A stretch of 64,000 nt of DNA from Tubulanus polymorphus (taxonomy: Eukaryota > Animalia > Nemertea). The stretch is taken from NCBI RefSeq assembly GCF_964204645.1, contig NC_134028.1:744001-808000 (forward strand), written 5' to 3'. Made by a program: the position numbers and the translations under genes. A model generated the notes under the pieces. That model saw only the letters and a list, made by a program, of their open reading frames with translations. It ran no database searches and was not told the DNA's origin. How positions within the stretch are numbered: position 1 is the stretch's first letter; each line of letters starts with the position of its first letter. Below, one piece after another: positions 37,241 through 51,893 of the stretch.

Positions 37241-37922
37241 CTCTTCACTGTTGTGTAGAATACAGAAATGGCCCTCCCTCTCACTGTATTCACACTATAT
37301 ACTAGCAGATTAACTGTTCATAATCAAGGTTATGTTGTTTACTTTTGTAATTTTCGAAAACATTCACCGTTTGACTTTTTACCACGCAATTATCCGAGTC
37401 TGGTCGATTGAGACTCTGTTCAAATTGGTTAATTGGTATATAACATGGAGTATATGTTAATTCGTGAGCTGGGGAGGCTTTCAGCTCCCGTTGCTGCAAC
37501 GTTCTTAGCTTTCGCTTCAATATTATCGACTCCGTCTGAATTCCAGTCAGACGGTTTTCTATCTAATTCCCACGTTATCCAAGATGTCCACCACACTGTA
37601 TTTGCTGTCGGTTTGGATTCACCTTAATCTGAAAAAGATAATCAACGGGAACCTGCTTATAATGCCCTTAGGAGCACTAAGCGGTCGAGGGGAACCGTAA
37701 GTGGTGTTCTTTGGGCTGAGAGATAGATACACTTACATTCTATGCATCTTCAACATTAAGACATTTTTCTATTGTAAATATTTATTCTTATTTTCAAGAC
37801 ATATTTTACTCAAGTTCATCAACAACTGTGAATACATCAAAACAGTAACACACACAATTGACTATGATTAACTCACAAAAAACCTGTAGAATTGTGGAAT
37901 TGTGGAACTAACCCCGGTCCCA

Positions 37923-38408
37923 TCACACTCGTTGGTATCGATTCGCTTTACGTATTCCACTTCCGGCGAAACACGCAAAAATAATGGCGGTTACAATAAT
38001 AAACAAATTAAATAATAAATTCGAAGAATATAAGACAATCATTAACAGAGCTTCCGGTTGAACGCCATCAGAAAGGAGATATACAGCTAGAAACACGATT
38101 AGATACAAAACTGTGAATCCGAACAAAGCGAGACTTAGTGAGATACTCAATAAACTGAATATCAATGCGCTGATATAGACATCTCGTGCGGCAGTAGAAT
38201 TAGCTGAAATACCAATAGCAGCAGTAACTGTAAATATAACCCCGGTCCATAACGGCATGTAATATAGATTGTATTCAGTGATAGTGTGTCCGGCTAAACC
38301 GATATGAATACATCCGATCAGTATCATCAGAGTTGACGGAACCATCAAAGCTATTCCTGTTTTCTGTAAAGAGTTCAACTCGTTGTTACACGGTCGTTTT
38401 CGTTCCAT
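37923..38408 (-). CDS. MS4A/CD20-like four-transmembrane protein, intronless
   Basis: Four hydrophobic helices; PLWTGVIF...IGI motif in TM2 resembles the CD20/MS4A family; likely ATG at 38408. Confidence 0.7.
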   Translation of the reverse strand: MERKRPCNNELNSLQKTGIALMVPSTLMILIGCIHIGLAGHTITEYNLYYMPLWTGVIFTVTAAIGISANSTAARDVYISALIFSLLSISLSLALFGFTVLYLIVFLAVYLLSDGVQPEALLMIVLYSSNLLFNLFIIVTAIIFACFAGSGIRKANRYQRV

Positions 38409-39124
38409 TTTCAGTTTCAGTTGGAAATTCCTTCTCAAACGATCGATCAGATATTAATAATCTGTACAGTCCCTGTTTGTATTTGATAAAATGTTTCACG
38501 GAATCCCTCGTTGTAATTCACAATGTTGCAGGTTACGATTAAAGGTGTTTAATCTCGTGTTCAGTTCATCTGAATCCGTTCTCAATGTTTAAACTTTCAA
38601 ACTGAATACCAGTCAGTGTATAATCTATTGATTAAAGTAATATTTTAGTTGATGCAGTTTTGAGAACACAACGACAATGTATTCCATAATAATGTACAAA
38701 CCATCGAATGATAACCAGTTATATATTAGCTGGATGTATTTAGTTCTCTTATCAAACGCTGATTTCACACATAATGTTTAATTTGAAATGTGTGAGTAAA
38801 TTTACAGATGTTTGAAATATTTACTCTTATGCATAGAAATACCGACATATGATATATTTGTAAACTGATCGTAGGGTGTAATGGTTTTTCTAACGGAGTG
38901 GAAATATTCGATTGCGAAAAGTAAAGTCGATCTTTCCACTGGAGAAAATCCGCTAGAACTTCGGTGCGATAGAGCCTCGCCTCCTCACTAGGCGGTATAT
39001 GCGGGCGAGGGTTTGGTTCACACCAATGAAAGACGTCCGTATTTTCAATCTAAATGATAAGATATACCTCTCACTTGCCCCAGACAGGTGGTCAGCACAC
39101 TTACCGGACAAACAGGCGAACTAT

Positions 39125-39200
39125 ATTAGGCACTATAGCTGGTGTAGGTTGGTGTTGTGGGGTTGCACGTCAGAGGTCCCTGGTTCGAAGCCGAGCTAAA
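39125..39200 (+). mobile_element. Degenerate tRNA-derived sequence (SINE head or tRNA pseudogene)
   Basis: tagctggtgtagg A-box-like and ggttcgaagcc B-box; no clean cloverleaf. Confidence 0.5.
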
Positions 39201-39449
39201 GATTATTGATGACTGGGACATAACGTAATTCTTATTTACTGGAATCGCTGTATATGGGTCCTTTTTGTCGTTAATATTCTTTTTTTATGAAATGAACTCC
39301 CCGTGTAATGATGAGGGATTCATACATGACCACGTGACGTGCAAATTATCTAATTCATCTGAAGATAAAACGACGGGTTGCAACCACCCACGCCACACCG
39401 CGCATTACAAACACAGTTTGTAATTGTTCAGAACAGGCAGGAAATTATC

Positions 39450-42400
39450 ATAATTAGGCTGCAGACACTGGTGCTGCTGCTGCTACTGGAAATCATGGTA
39501 GCAATAAAAACCAATTCAATAATGAATTGTTATAATGAGTTAGGAATAATCTTTGCGTTGAGTATTCACTTGTACAATGGACGCGCTAGGCTTTGCAACA
39601 GTTTTAGTTCTGTCAACATTATTACATTTATCTGCGTCAGAATTGACGAAAGAACAACAAGAAAATCTTTTAAATCAGGTACAAACTCAGTAACGGTCGT
39701 TCAGTTCCAGGTGAAACAGTGACATTTTTATTTCGGTGATGTCGATGATATGATTAATATTGCATGCACAGATTCGCCTAGATACGAATGAAGATGTGGT
39801 GAATGTCGATGGCTACAAAGCCGAAATAGCGAACTCGATGAGATACTGGCACAATGGCAGTGAAACATTCGTCGAGGTAATCACACATTACTTAAAGTTA
39901 ACCATCAGATTTATCACACAGTTACAATGCAGCAACTGCAGCCCCTAGAAACATTTCATTCGTTTAGGAGATTCATCATTGAACTTTTAGCGATCGTTTA
40001 TTATGTCCTTGTGTTGTTTTTGGGGTAATACAGTTCATTCTAGGTTATTAGGCACTCTTTCGACATAATGAATCCTTGCTACGGTTGGTATATAATTGTG
40101 TTTGATTATGTGACTACCACCAGGTCAACGAGCCAGGAAAATATTACATCGAACAAGTAGATCATGGTCGTAATGATATCATCGTCGATGCAGAGAATTC
40201 CACGAGTAAAATTGAGCAGTTAAATGAAGAAATATCGAAGCGTAAATTTACGGTAGAAAAAAACCGACTTTGGAAATCCGGCTACATTCGTTTTTGTTTC
40301 CGTCCAGGTATGAGAATACAATAGAAACCTTTTAGAATTATTCTTAAAGATATTAACACGGAGAAAAAAAACAGTTTTTTAATATCAAGAAGCCCTGGGG
40401 CCAACCAAAGTCCAAATCGATTCAAATCAAATATTATTTCGAATTCCTATGTTTTCTTAAGTTGAAAGTCTTTAAAAGTCGGTTTAGATTAATAAAGCAA
40501 AGATGAATTTTGAGATGAGAGTAAATCACAAATTCTTCTGTCATTATTCAGGACAATTCACAAACGATCAAAAGAACAAAGTAAGAAAAGCTACACGGAC
40601 ATTAATGCAACACACGTGTCTCCGCTTCCAGGAACACGGTAACTGTGATTCAAACTTCGACATGATTACATTCGTACGAGATAGCTCAGGGTAGGTTCTC
40701 TAAAGTACCACAAACGGCTCCGATGCATTGTGTTTGGGGGTAGAAGCTGAGTGGTTATGTCGAACGCTAGGTCGAATCAAACAGGCCAGAACAAACGAGG
40801 TCGAATCTGACCCCTGTTTAGGTTTTCTTTGAACATAACTCAATCTTTTATTTCAATAACTTCAATTCGTATCACGCTATGATCATTCCTCGTAAAGTAT
40901 GTGCGATAAACATTGTCTATACTCACTCTGTATTCGTTTGTTAGATGTTTTTCCGGTATCGGAAATGCGTACAAAGGTGTGAAGACGAATTTAGGAAGGA
41001 GCGGAAACACTTGTCTCGATGTAAGTATGCAAATAATTCAGGGCTGCAGTTGCTCAGAAGTTGGTTAAACTTCACCAGCCCTAACTCTAATCCTAACCCT
41101 AACATTCGACCACCAGTTCACTTTGACCATATTTTCAGCCCCTGTTGTTTTATTTTAAAATTTTGAAGCCGTTTCGACGTACTGAACTACACCATTATCA
41201 ATTTGAGACAGGTCGGAACAGCAATGCACGAGATCATCCACGCTACTGGGTCGTGGCACGAACAATCGAGAAGCGACAGATCTGCCTGGGTGATTGTATC
41301 TAAAGATGAATACATCGATCCGTCGCAATTCGACCTGGAAAAAACAGACGATTCTGTTCCATTCGATTATAGGTCAATCATGGCTTATGGCGGAGCGGTA
41401 CAGTGCTCATCAGAATATGCTGCTTTATAGACCAGTAACTGTTATATTCGTATAATAAATTATCTTGAATTGAATTTAAAGGGATCCAGAGGACGACCAG
41501 CCATGTACTCCTTAGACCCGGAAATGAATTTCGCTACCGGAAATGGTCATACCGCGTTGACATTTTACGATCAAAAACAGATCAATCATAAATATCAATG
41601 CGCGGGTAAAAAAGAACCTGAAATTTCGTGAAATAATTAACATTTTACTTATTCTCTATTAACCACAATCATTAAGATATTAAAGTATCATGATATATTT
41701 CTATTTAAATATACCGGTATCTAAATACACAGCTAGATGTGGAGGGAATAACTGCCAAAATGAAGGTTTCTTCAACAAATATTGTAAATGTGTGTGTCCA
41801 GACTTTGTAGCGGGTTTACGTTGTGAACGAGTATCAACAGGTAAAAATGACTCGACCTGGCAAAGGAGAGTGAAATTCAAGTCAAACATGAATTATCATG
41901 CAGAAAATATGTACTAAAAGCCCCGAGCCATGTATGTATGGTTCTGGAGCCACTTGCACACCAGTCATACTAGGCGGAACTGGATCTAGTATAAACGATT
42001 AGTTTCACTTAAACCTTGATAAAGTTTATAAATGAGAATTAAAGATCTTTTTGTTGCTTATTACAGGATGTGGTCGTGTGATAACTATAAACAGCGGATA
42101 TCAAGTTATCAAATCTCCAAATTACCCGAGCAATTATGGCAATGGTGTCACGTGTGCTTGGATCATTAAGGTAAACATGGATTTACACACGGTAAATACG
42201 TGAACCTTTTAAACACGAATGTCTTAATTTTGTTTCCGATCTCAAATTTCTACCGCAGACACCTAAGAACACCATCATGACAATTAGATTCTTGGATTTA
42301 GAAATCGATGGTGCACCGACAGGTTGTAAAGATAGTTTAGAAATTCGTTATCAAGGACTCGGAAATGTTGGACCAAGGTGGGTACATTCAACTTCCGTCA

Positions 42401-43882
42401 TATACTTCTTGATCCAGTGGCATTGTTCATCAAATTTGCTAGTGATTCTAAAATGTTATCATGATGTCATGTGGAATGCGTACAGGAGCGGCGATCTTTT
42501 CTGAAAAGGAACACATGAAGTGTTAGCATACTTCACACAGCATGCTACTGACTATAAGGCATCATCCGAACACTGTTAGTTAAGATATATTTATTCGTGA
42601 AATATCTCTGTATGATTCAGATATTGCGGTAGTGGAATTAAAAAGACGCTCGAATCGACGTTCAATCGAGTAATGTTTGTTTTACGATCAGATCAACACA
42701 GAAGTCAACGAAGAGGATTTAAAATACAGGTCACCGTTAAAAAGGACTATTGTAAGGATAAATGTTTACCTTCTTTATGCTTCTCTTTAAAACCCTAATC
42801 AAATATAACTGTGTCCTGATGGCTAACGGCATTCTATCAATGATCAATGATCAATCGCAACCTGTTTTCAGCGTGTCACCCGAATCCGTGTTTGAATGGT
42901 GGTAAATGCAGTAAAACACCGTACGGACTGGCTATGTGCACCTGTCCCTACTTGAATATGGTTGGACGATGGTGCGATCATGGTAAGCAACACAATATCT
43001 GTTATACATGATTGTCAGAGTCAGTTCTACACCTGTGCTACTGTATCCAGATCCACCTTGCCTTCTCTTCTCACCATTCTGAGGATTGGTATCAGAAACT
43101 ATCATCGTGGAATTTGGAAATTGTTTGGAAAAACATGCAAATCCCAAGATGCATAGAAAACTTGTTTGGGATCCTAGGAGCAATTTTCTTCACTTTTAAC
43201 AGCTATTGGTGATTGGTCTTCTTGGGGAAGTTGGACATCGTGTTCAGGACGATGCGGAGTACAAACACGTCAAAGACAATGTAACAACCCGCTACCAAAA
43301 GGACGCGGTTTGAAATGTATTGGTAACAACATCGAAGCGAAGCCGTGCGGTTCATGGCCGTGTCAAGGTAAATGTAACAATAATCAGCATCTAGTTGCGC
43401 AGTCATGGTTTATATAAGAGACCATGGAGATCGAAGACCACTTTCAAACTAATGTCACGACTGTTTCCGATTTAGCCTGAGTCCTGACAACACTTATCAA
43501 TAAACTGTTGTCCACTGGGATAATCCATGATGATCCGATATTTACTTTGTTATATTAGGATATTTTATTTGTGACTTTGACAAGTACAGTCTGGGATCTA
43601 CGTATTGTCCTGTTCGCCAAGTACGAAACACGCAAGAAGACAAATTCGACGGAGTTGTAGCAGATTTCATCTCGGCTTTGAAAATATTAAATTATCAAGC
43701 GACAGCTCATTACCCGGATTCCGACGTCACAACTGGTAAAATGAAGGGCCGTTACCTGTGGAGTGGTCCTAATTATAAACACTACAAGAATAAATACCAA
43801 GCCTGGTTCATGTCTCCGACCATTACAACATCAGAACCGAGATGTCTTAGATTTTTTTACCAATCCAAATACACAGGTAAGA

Positions 43883-43917
<35 letters not shown>

Positions 43918-45644
43918 CAAATTGTTATGTCAATCAAAATCATAGAGCCTTAAACTTCATTTTATATGATATACGACTGATAGGCTATTCACTGGATAGC
44001 GGTGTTGTGCTCGGTTATAAAGTCATCGACGCCTATACGAATAAACAACTGAAAGGATGGTTCATACATCGGAAGTTCGACTCATTCGATCCGTGGACAA
44101 TGTGGCATAATGATATCATCACTGCCAAAGTGAAACCACCTTATAAGGTAATCCGGTTACCGTACAACACTGATTCCGTGATGTAAAGTTATTTCAAGAT
44201 CCCAAGAATTCGAAATGTTTCCTTCAGCCTATAGTTCGACTTCATCATGATAGTTATCTTCATAGTAATACTGATCATCTTCCCAATGCTCCGGCACCAG
44301 TTACTTTCCTCTTTTCAATGTTAATGTTTGACACGTGTACAACATTATCTTTCTCCAGATTGTGGTCTATTTCTGGTGGTCAGCACCAACTGGTGGAGCA
44401 GCTATTGATGATCTTATGTTATTACCTGGTCCGTGTAAACAATATCAGCAAATCAGATTCCCTAAAGGTATGGCAAATATTATCATCCAATCACTTCAAA
44501 TCTGGCACTAGATACTTTTTCTGACCATAGACTTTCCATGTTTTCTTACTATAGATAATTGTAAGGATACCGATGCAAATTGTAAAAAATGGTCTAAAAG
44601 TAATGAATGCAAAAAGAATCCGGGCTGGATGAAGAAGAATTGTCCAGTATCATGTAAAGAGTGTGTTCCTTGTGAGGATAAACATAGTAAATGCGCCTAT
44701 TGGTCTGAACAGGGAGAGTGCGCAAAAAATAAACAATGGATGTTAACGAACTGTCCGCGTTCCTGTTTACTCTGTATCCATGGCTGTTTCGATCACGACA
44801 CTAAATGTGCAGGTTGGGCGAAAGTTGGAGAATGCACTAAAAACTATGATTGGATGTCGACGTATTGTCCTCGATCGTGCAAAAGATGTACAACCGGTTC
44901 TTTACAACCTTTAGGTGATGATCGTATAGTTCATATTTTTAATGGGGTTTAATTCCATTGCGATATTTGATTTGAAGCTTGAGTGTAACTTCCAGCTGAT
45001 AGCTGGGTTTAGTGTGAATGCATTGATGATATCAAAATCAGAGTTCTCATTCACTGATTGTTTTCGTTCATCTTTGATTACAGAATGTATTGATGGAGAT
45101 GTTTTAAAGGAGGACAAAACTGTCGAATATTCGGCGTCTAGTACGTACAGCGGCTGTAGGGCTAACATGCTCGGAGTGAACTACGCATCGGGTACAGGTA
45201 TCAGCTCCAATACATGTAACTGCTGGTGTTCGGGCTCAAACCAGGCGCGCGGTTCGTGGATTCAGATGAAATTCAAATCTGTCAAAAAGATATTCTATCT
45301 GAGAATAAAGCGTCCATATTACCAAAGTCGTTACACGATTGAAGCGACTTTCAAGTATAGTTTAGACGGTGAAGTTTGGCATGATGTGATAAATCGCAGA
45401 AATAGCAAGGTAAGTAAAATGGACCGCTTTTTCTGGATTTCAAAATTAGAAATCAACAGAACAGGGTTTAAAAATTCGTATGTCTACGTTTCAGATATTT
45501 CGAGAAGGTTCGGCATCGTATGCAGAGCCCTCGTTTAAGGCTGTTTATTTGAGAATGTACCCAATAAAGTGGACTCCACACGAGACAGCATGTACCCGGT
45601 TAGAGGTGTACGGTTGTAGCCAGATCGACAAAGAACTCGTTTAA
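39450..45644 (+). CDS. Astacin (M12A) metalloprotease: astacin-EGF-CUB-EGF-TSP1-MAM-ShK x3-F5/8C, multi-exon; start not located
   Basis: HEIIHATGSWHEQSRSDR zinc motif, SIMAY Met-turn, CQNEGF..C.C.C EGF, IKSPNYPSNY..C.W CUB, WSSWGSWTSCS..RQRQCNNP TSP1, CDFD...CLRFFY...AAIDD MAM, three ShK six-Cys units, discoidin WC..WIQ..YSLDG..W..RLEVYGC; stop at 45644. Confidence 0.92.
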
Positions 45645-46712
45645 GAATCTTGATTATATCTCATTTGATTGGTTATTCTTTGATCTACAAAGCATATAGG
45701 CATTAAATAAATTTTTGAAAATCAAGTCGTCACATTCTTTTTCTTATGCCAGAAATGTGGAATATGAAACAAAATCGCAGTGGAGAATCCGGAGTCGACT
45801 GAGGCACAAAGGCCTCACTGTAGATTCCTTCTAGACGGAACTGTGCTCGACATGATGGATGAAACTGAATGAAACTGGATGAAACTGAACCTTAAACTAA
45901 AATCGAAAATCGTAAAACGAATTGAGAATCATTTCTCATTTAAGAAATAAATGGCTTTAAATGTTTGAGAGATTCGCCCGCGACCTTAGTAAAAATAGCG
46001 ATATTGACCGTCTAGTGCTGCCCCTATATATAACGATAGCGGCGAAAACGTAAACTAACATAATACTCGATTGCCAAAATCATTGAAAGGCCGTAAACAT
46101 CCGTCCGAACTATAATGATCCGTCGAATGATTCGGAATCAAACGCTATTTAAGTTCAGGAGCGATACTGGACACCTGGCAAGTGAGGATACTCTAAATCA
46201 GTATCAGTAATCACTGGGTTCGAACCCGGGAAGCCCGCTTTCAATTCAATTCAATTCAAGGTCGTGTGGATACGCGGAAGTATTTAAATTGTCAGGATTT
46301 TTTTACTTTTAAGGACTGTCTGGTAGATATTTAAGAGGTATCCATTCAATATAACCCAGTTGTTTATACGATCTTTGTAGTGTTAGTTACGTTATCGTTA
46401 GACTTGATGATCGGATCTGGGTTTTGGGGACGGTAGGGTATTTGACAGGTTGACACCCCCTGCCCAGTAGTGGCATCTCCTCTCTCTCCTCCTTGACTTG
46501 AGTCTCAAGTCAATCAGCACTCCTCCTCTTCTCTCAAGTAGAGGGAAGTGGAGTGCTGATTGATTGTTGTTATTTAGATCTGATATTGGACACCTGCTGG
46601 CCATGCATCATGTATGATCTTTGTATTAACCTTTATCTGTTTCAGCTACACACCGGCAGAATCTGATCACTCCTCCGTGCCCTCCACGCTCGGTGGACAG
46701 ACAGACAGTAAG

Positions 46713-47727
46713 ATGGCTGCAGCTGCTGAGGCTGAGTTTGATGAAGTTATCAGTATCGTTAATGAATTAGAAGTTTTATTGAACGCTTGCACTGAACAGG
46801 ATTCAATAAATACAATCATTGAATATAAAACTAAACTGAAGCAACTCAGAGAAAAACAGAATGAACAAATTAAAACTACTATCACTGGTAAGTGAGGATT
46901 TCTGGACTTTCAACTAGGTGGCGCTAGTGTTCTGAATAGTTAGGGTTAGAGGGGTTAAGAATGTCGTTTGGGAGTAAGGGTTAGAACAACCCGTAGTCAA
47001 ACTCAAGTCTATAGTCTAAGTACCCCGATTTTGTTTTTAATAAATTTGTAGAAATTCTCGATGAGAAAAATCAGAATGAAGAGAAATGCGAAGAAAGGAT
47101 TTCAGCAGAAATAGAACAGATTAAACAAAATATGGAATTGTTGGAGAAATGTAAGAAAGAAGTGACAGAACAGCAGGAAACGGTGTCTACAGATGTGAAT
47201 AGATTCACGAAACAAATCAATAAAACTAGGATGGATTCGGAGCAATTAGAAAACCTGAAAACAACAGCTAAACACAAAACAGAAATAGAACTTCCAACTT
47301 TACGGTAAAAACCACTATCTCTAATCTAAACTTGCGCAGAATTTCACATGAATTCTACTGGCTTAGACTGAAGGAAATATATTTTCAGGAATTTGATAAA
47401 ATTGTATCAATCAGTGACCGATATCAAATGGCAGTTTGAAACGGAACCAGATGAAATTAAAGGCAGTATCTTTTTATAGAACAACTTTCAGTATCCAGTT
47501 GCACAGTTAATGGGATGATATTTAACTACAGTTTCCAATGTCGTGAAACTGGATGCTGAACTGATAGAAGTTTATCTAATGCTGTTCATTCTATTTTTGC
47601 CTTGACTTTATTTACAGCTGTATTGAATTCTAAAGCTATAAAACCATTTAAGCTGAACAAGAACGAACGATCATCATTCTACATAGCTAATTATCTGTGG
47701 CAACAAATAGATGCGGATTGGAATTAA
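46713..47727 (+). CDS. SPC24: Kinetochore Ndc80-complex subunit Spc24; exons ~46713-46887, 47052-47304, 47389-47465, 47618-47727
   Basis: Long N-terminal coiled coil followed by LYQSVTDIKWQFE..EIKG..KPFKLN..SSFYIANYLW, which matches the Spc24 C-terminal domain; the last intron has U12-type signals. Confidence 0.85.
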
Positions 47728-47946
47728 AACATTACTCATTCATTTCATGGTTTAAATATAACATTATTTATTAACATATACTTTCTACATAGAGGATTCT
47801 TAGAAAATATCTAAACGTTTCATATTTCAGTAAATAAATAAAATTGACACAGATTTCCTATAATGATGACTATTATCAGTTTAAGAGACTTTTAGAAGCT
47901 GTGAGTATTTGAATAGTTTAATATTGTACATCTATTTCACTAATAA

Positions 47947-48098
47947 CAGTAAACCTCGCCTACATGGACAAAACTGGGACTGGAAAAATTGGTCAGAGAG
48001 AGCGAAGGACAATATATAAAGATGTGAGAAAAATGATTTTGTTTTTGTCCGAGTTAGTTGAAAGTCCGAGTTGTCTTGAGTTAGACGAGGTTTTACTG
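47947..48098. mobile_element. pogo/Tc1-mariner-type MITE between the convergent SPC24 and ADPRH 3' ends
   Basis: TIRs cagtaaacctcg / cgaggttttactg. Confidence 0.72.
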
Positions 48099-48180
48099 TT
48101 TTAGCTTTGATTATAAAATCATTCAGTTTGGAAGTAAATACAATAACATGTCGACATCAACCGTTGTATTTGGTTGACGG

Positions 48181-50677
<2,497 letters not shown>

Positions 50678-51893
50678 CGTCTCTATCTGAACCTCCTGCG
50701 CAATTCGCAGTAGTAATCACTATCGGCAAGGATGAAAAAAACAAATCGAATCCTTAAATTAAATAAAATTAGATTTTTTAGTTTAAGCCAAAGCCTGTGT
50801 AACAAGCCAAGGCACCACAAAGCACCACATCACTTCTTCAAAAAAATCTACATTCAAATAGACGAAGAAGCTGAAGGGGTCTAACTTACACTTACAGAAA
50901 CCGAGACTATTGATTGTGAAATGTCAAATTAGATTTCGTCGAACACTTGCGGTAAATAGTTCGTCGATTCCTGGATTATTCACCGTCAGGTGCTGCCATC
51001 TGTAATAATTCGGTTACAGTTATTGGCTAGGCCCATATTTTCTTGTCTTTGCGACCAGAGGAGTCGTTTGTTCAAGGTCGTAGCGCAGAACTCCCACACT
51101 TGCCACAGCTGGAATTAATTCAAATTTACTTTTTTTGCGTATTAAAGTAATTTCAATGGATAAGAATAACATTTGAAAATGACACCGAGTCCCTTAATTC
51201 AGATTTATAAATGAGGCCTTTGAATCTTACGGGTTTCTGTTATAGAGAGCGACATACACTGAATTCTGAAGGTCGTTGCGCCCAAGCTGTCACATTTAAC
51301 AATGACACATTACACATGTCCATACTTGAATGTATTAGCGTTTGGCCTTCAATTTGCAGATTTAGTGAAACACCAGGGTAGTAATTATTGCAAGGATGAT
51401 GTAATAACCAACCAGTCGTGTAGTTGTGAGTCATGAATCCCGGGAGTTCTGTTGTTAGTGCTGATTAACCCGCCCAGGTTCTTCCATTCCAGCAAACCTT
51501 CCTTCAATCGGCTTCAGTTCAATCCCCTTCCAAGGGCAAAAAGCTTAACGATAACATATTCAGGGTAGTAAGTACAAACTACTGGTACCAGGTGCTTGGC
51601 TTCCGATATTCCTCAAATAATATCAATGCCTGGTTTAGAACTAGCGCTCGGCTGTGTGTTCAGTCACTCACACAATCACACGACAGGGCGAGTGCGAGTG
51701 CCTTCTCAACTGTGACATCCATAATAACAAGACAGGTCACATAACTGACAGACAAAAAGGTGAGTCTAAACAGGTGCATATTTCTAGTAAGAGAAGCTTT
51801 ATTGTTATTGTTATATTAGAAGAGATATCAGTAATTGTTTTATTTTCTCTCCCTCGACAGTTCCCTGTGAGTTCCAGGTGGCTAATTGTGGTA

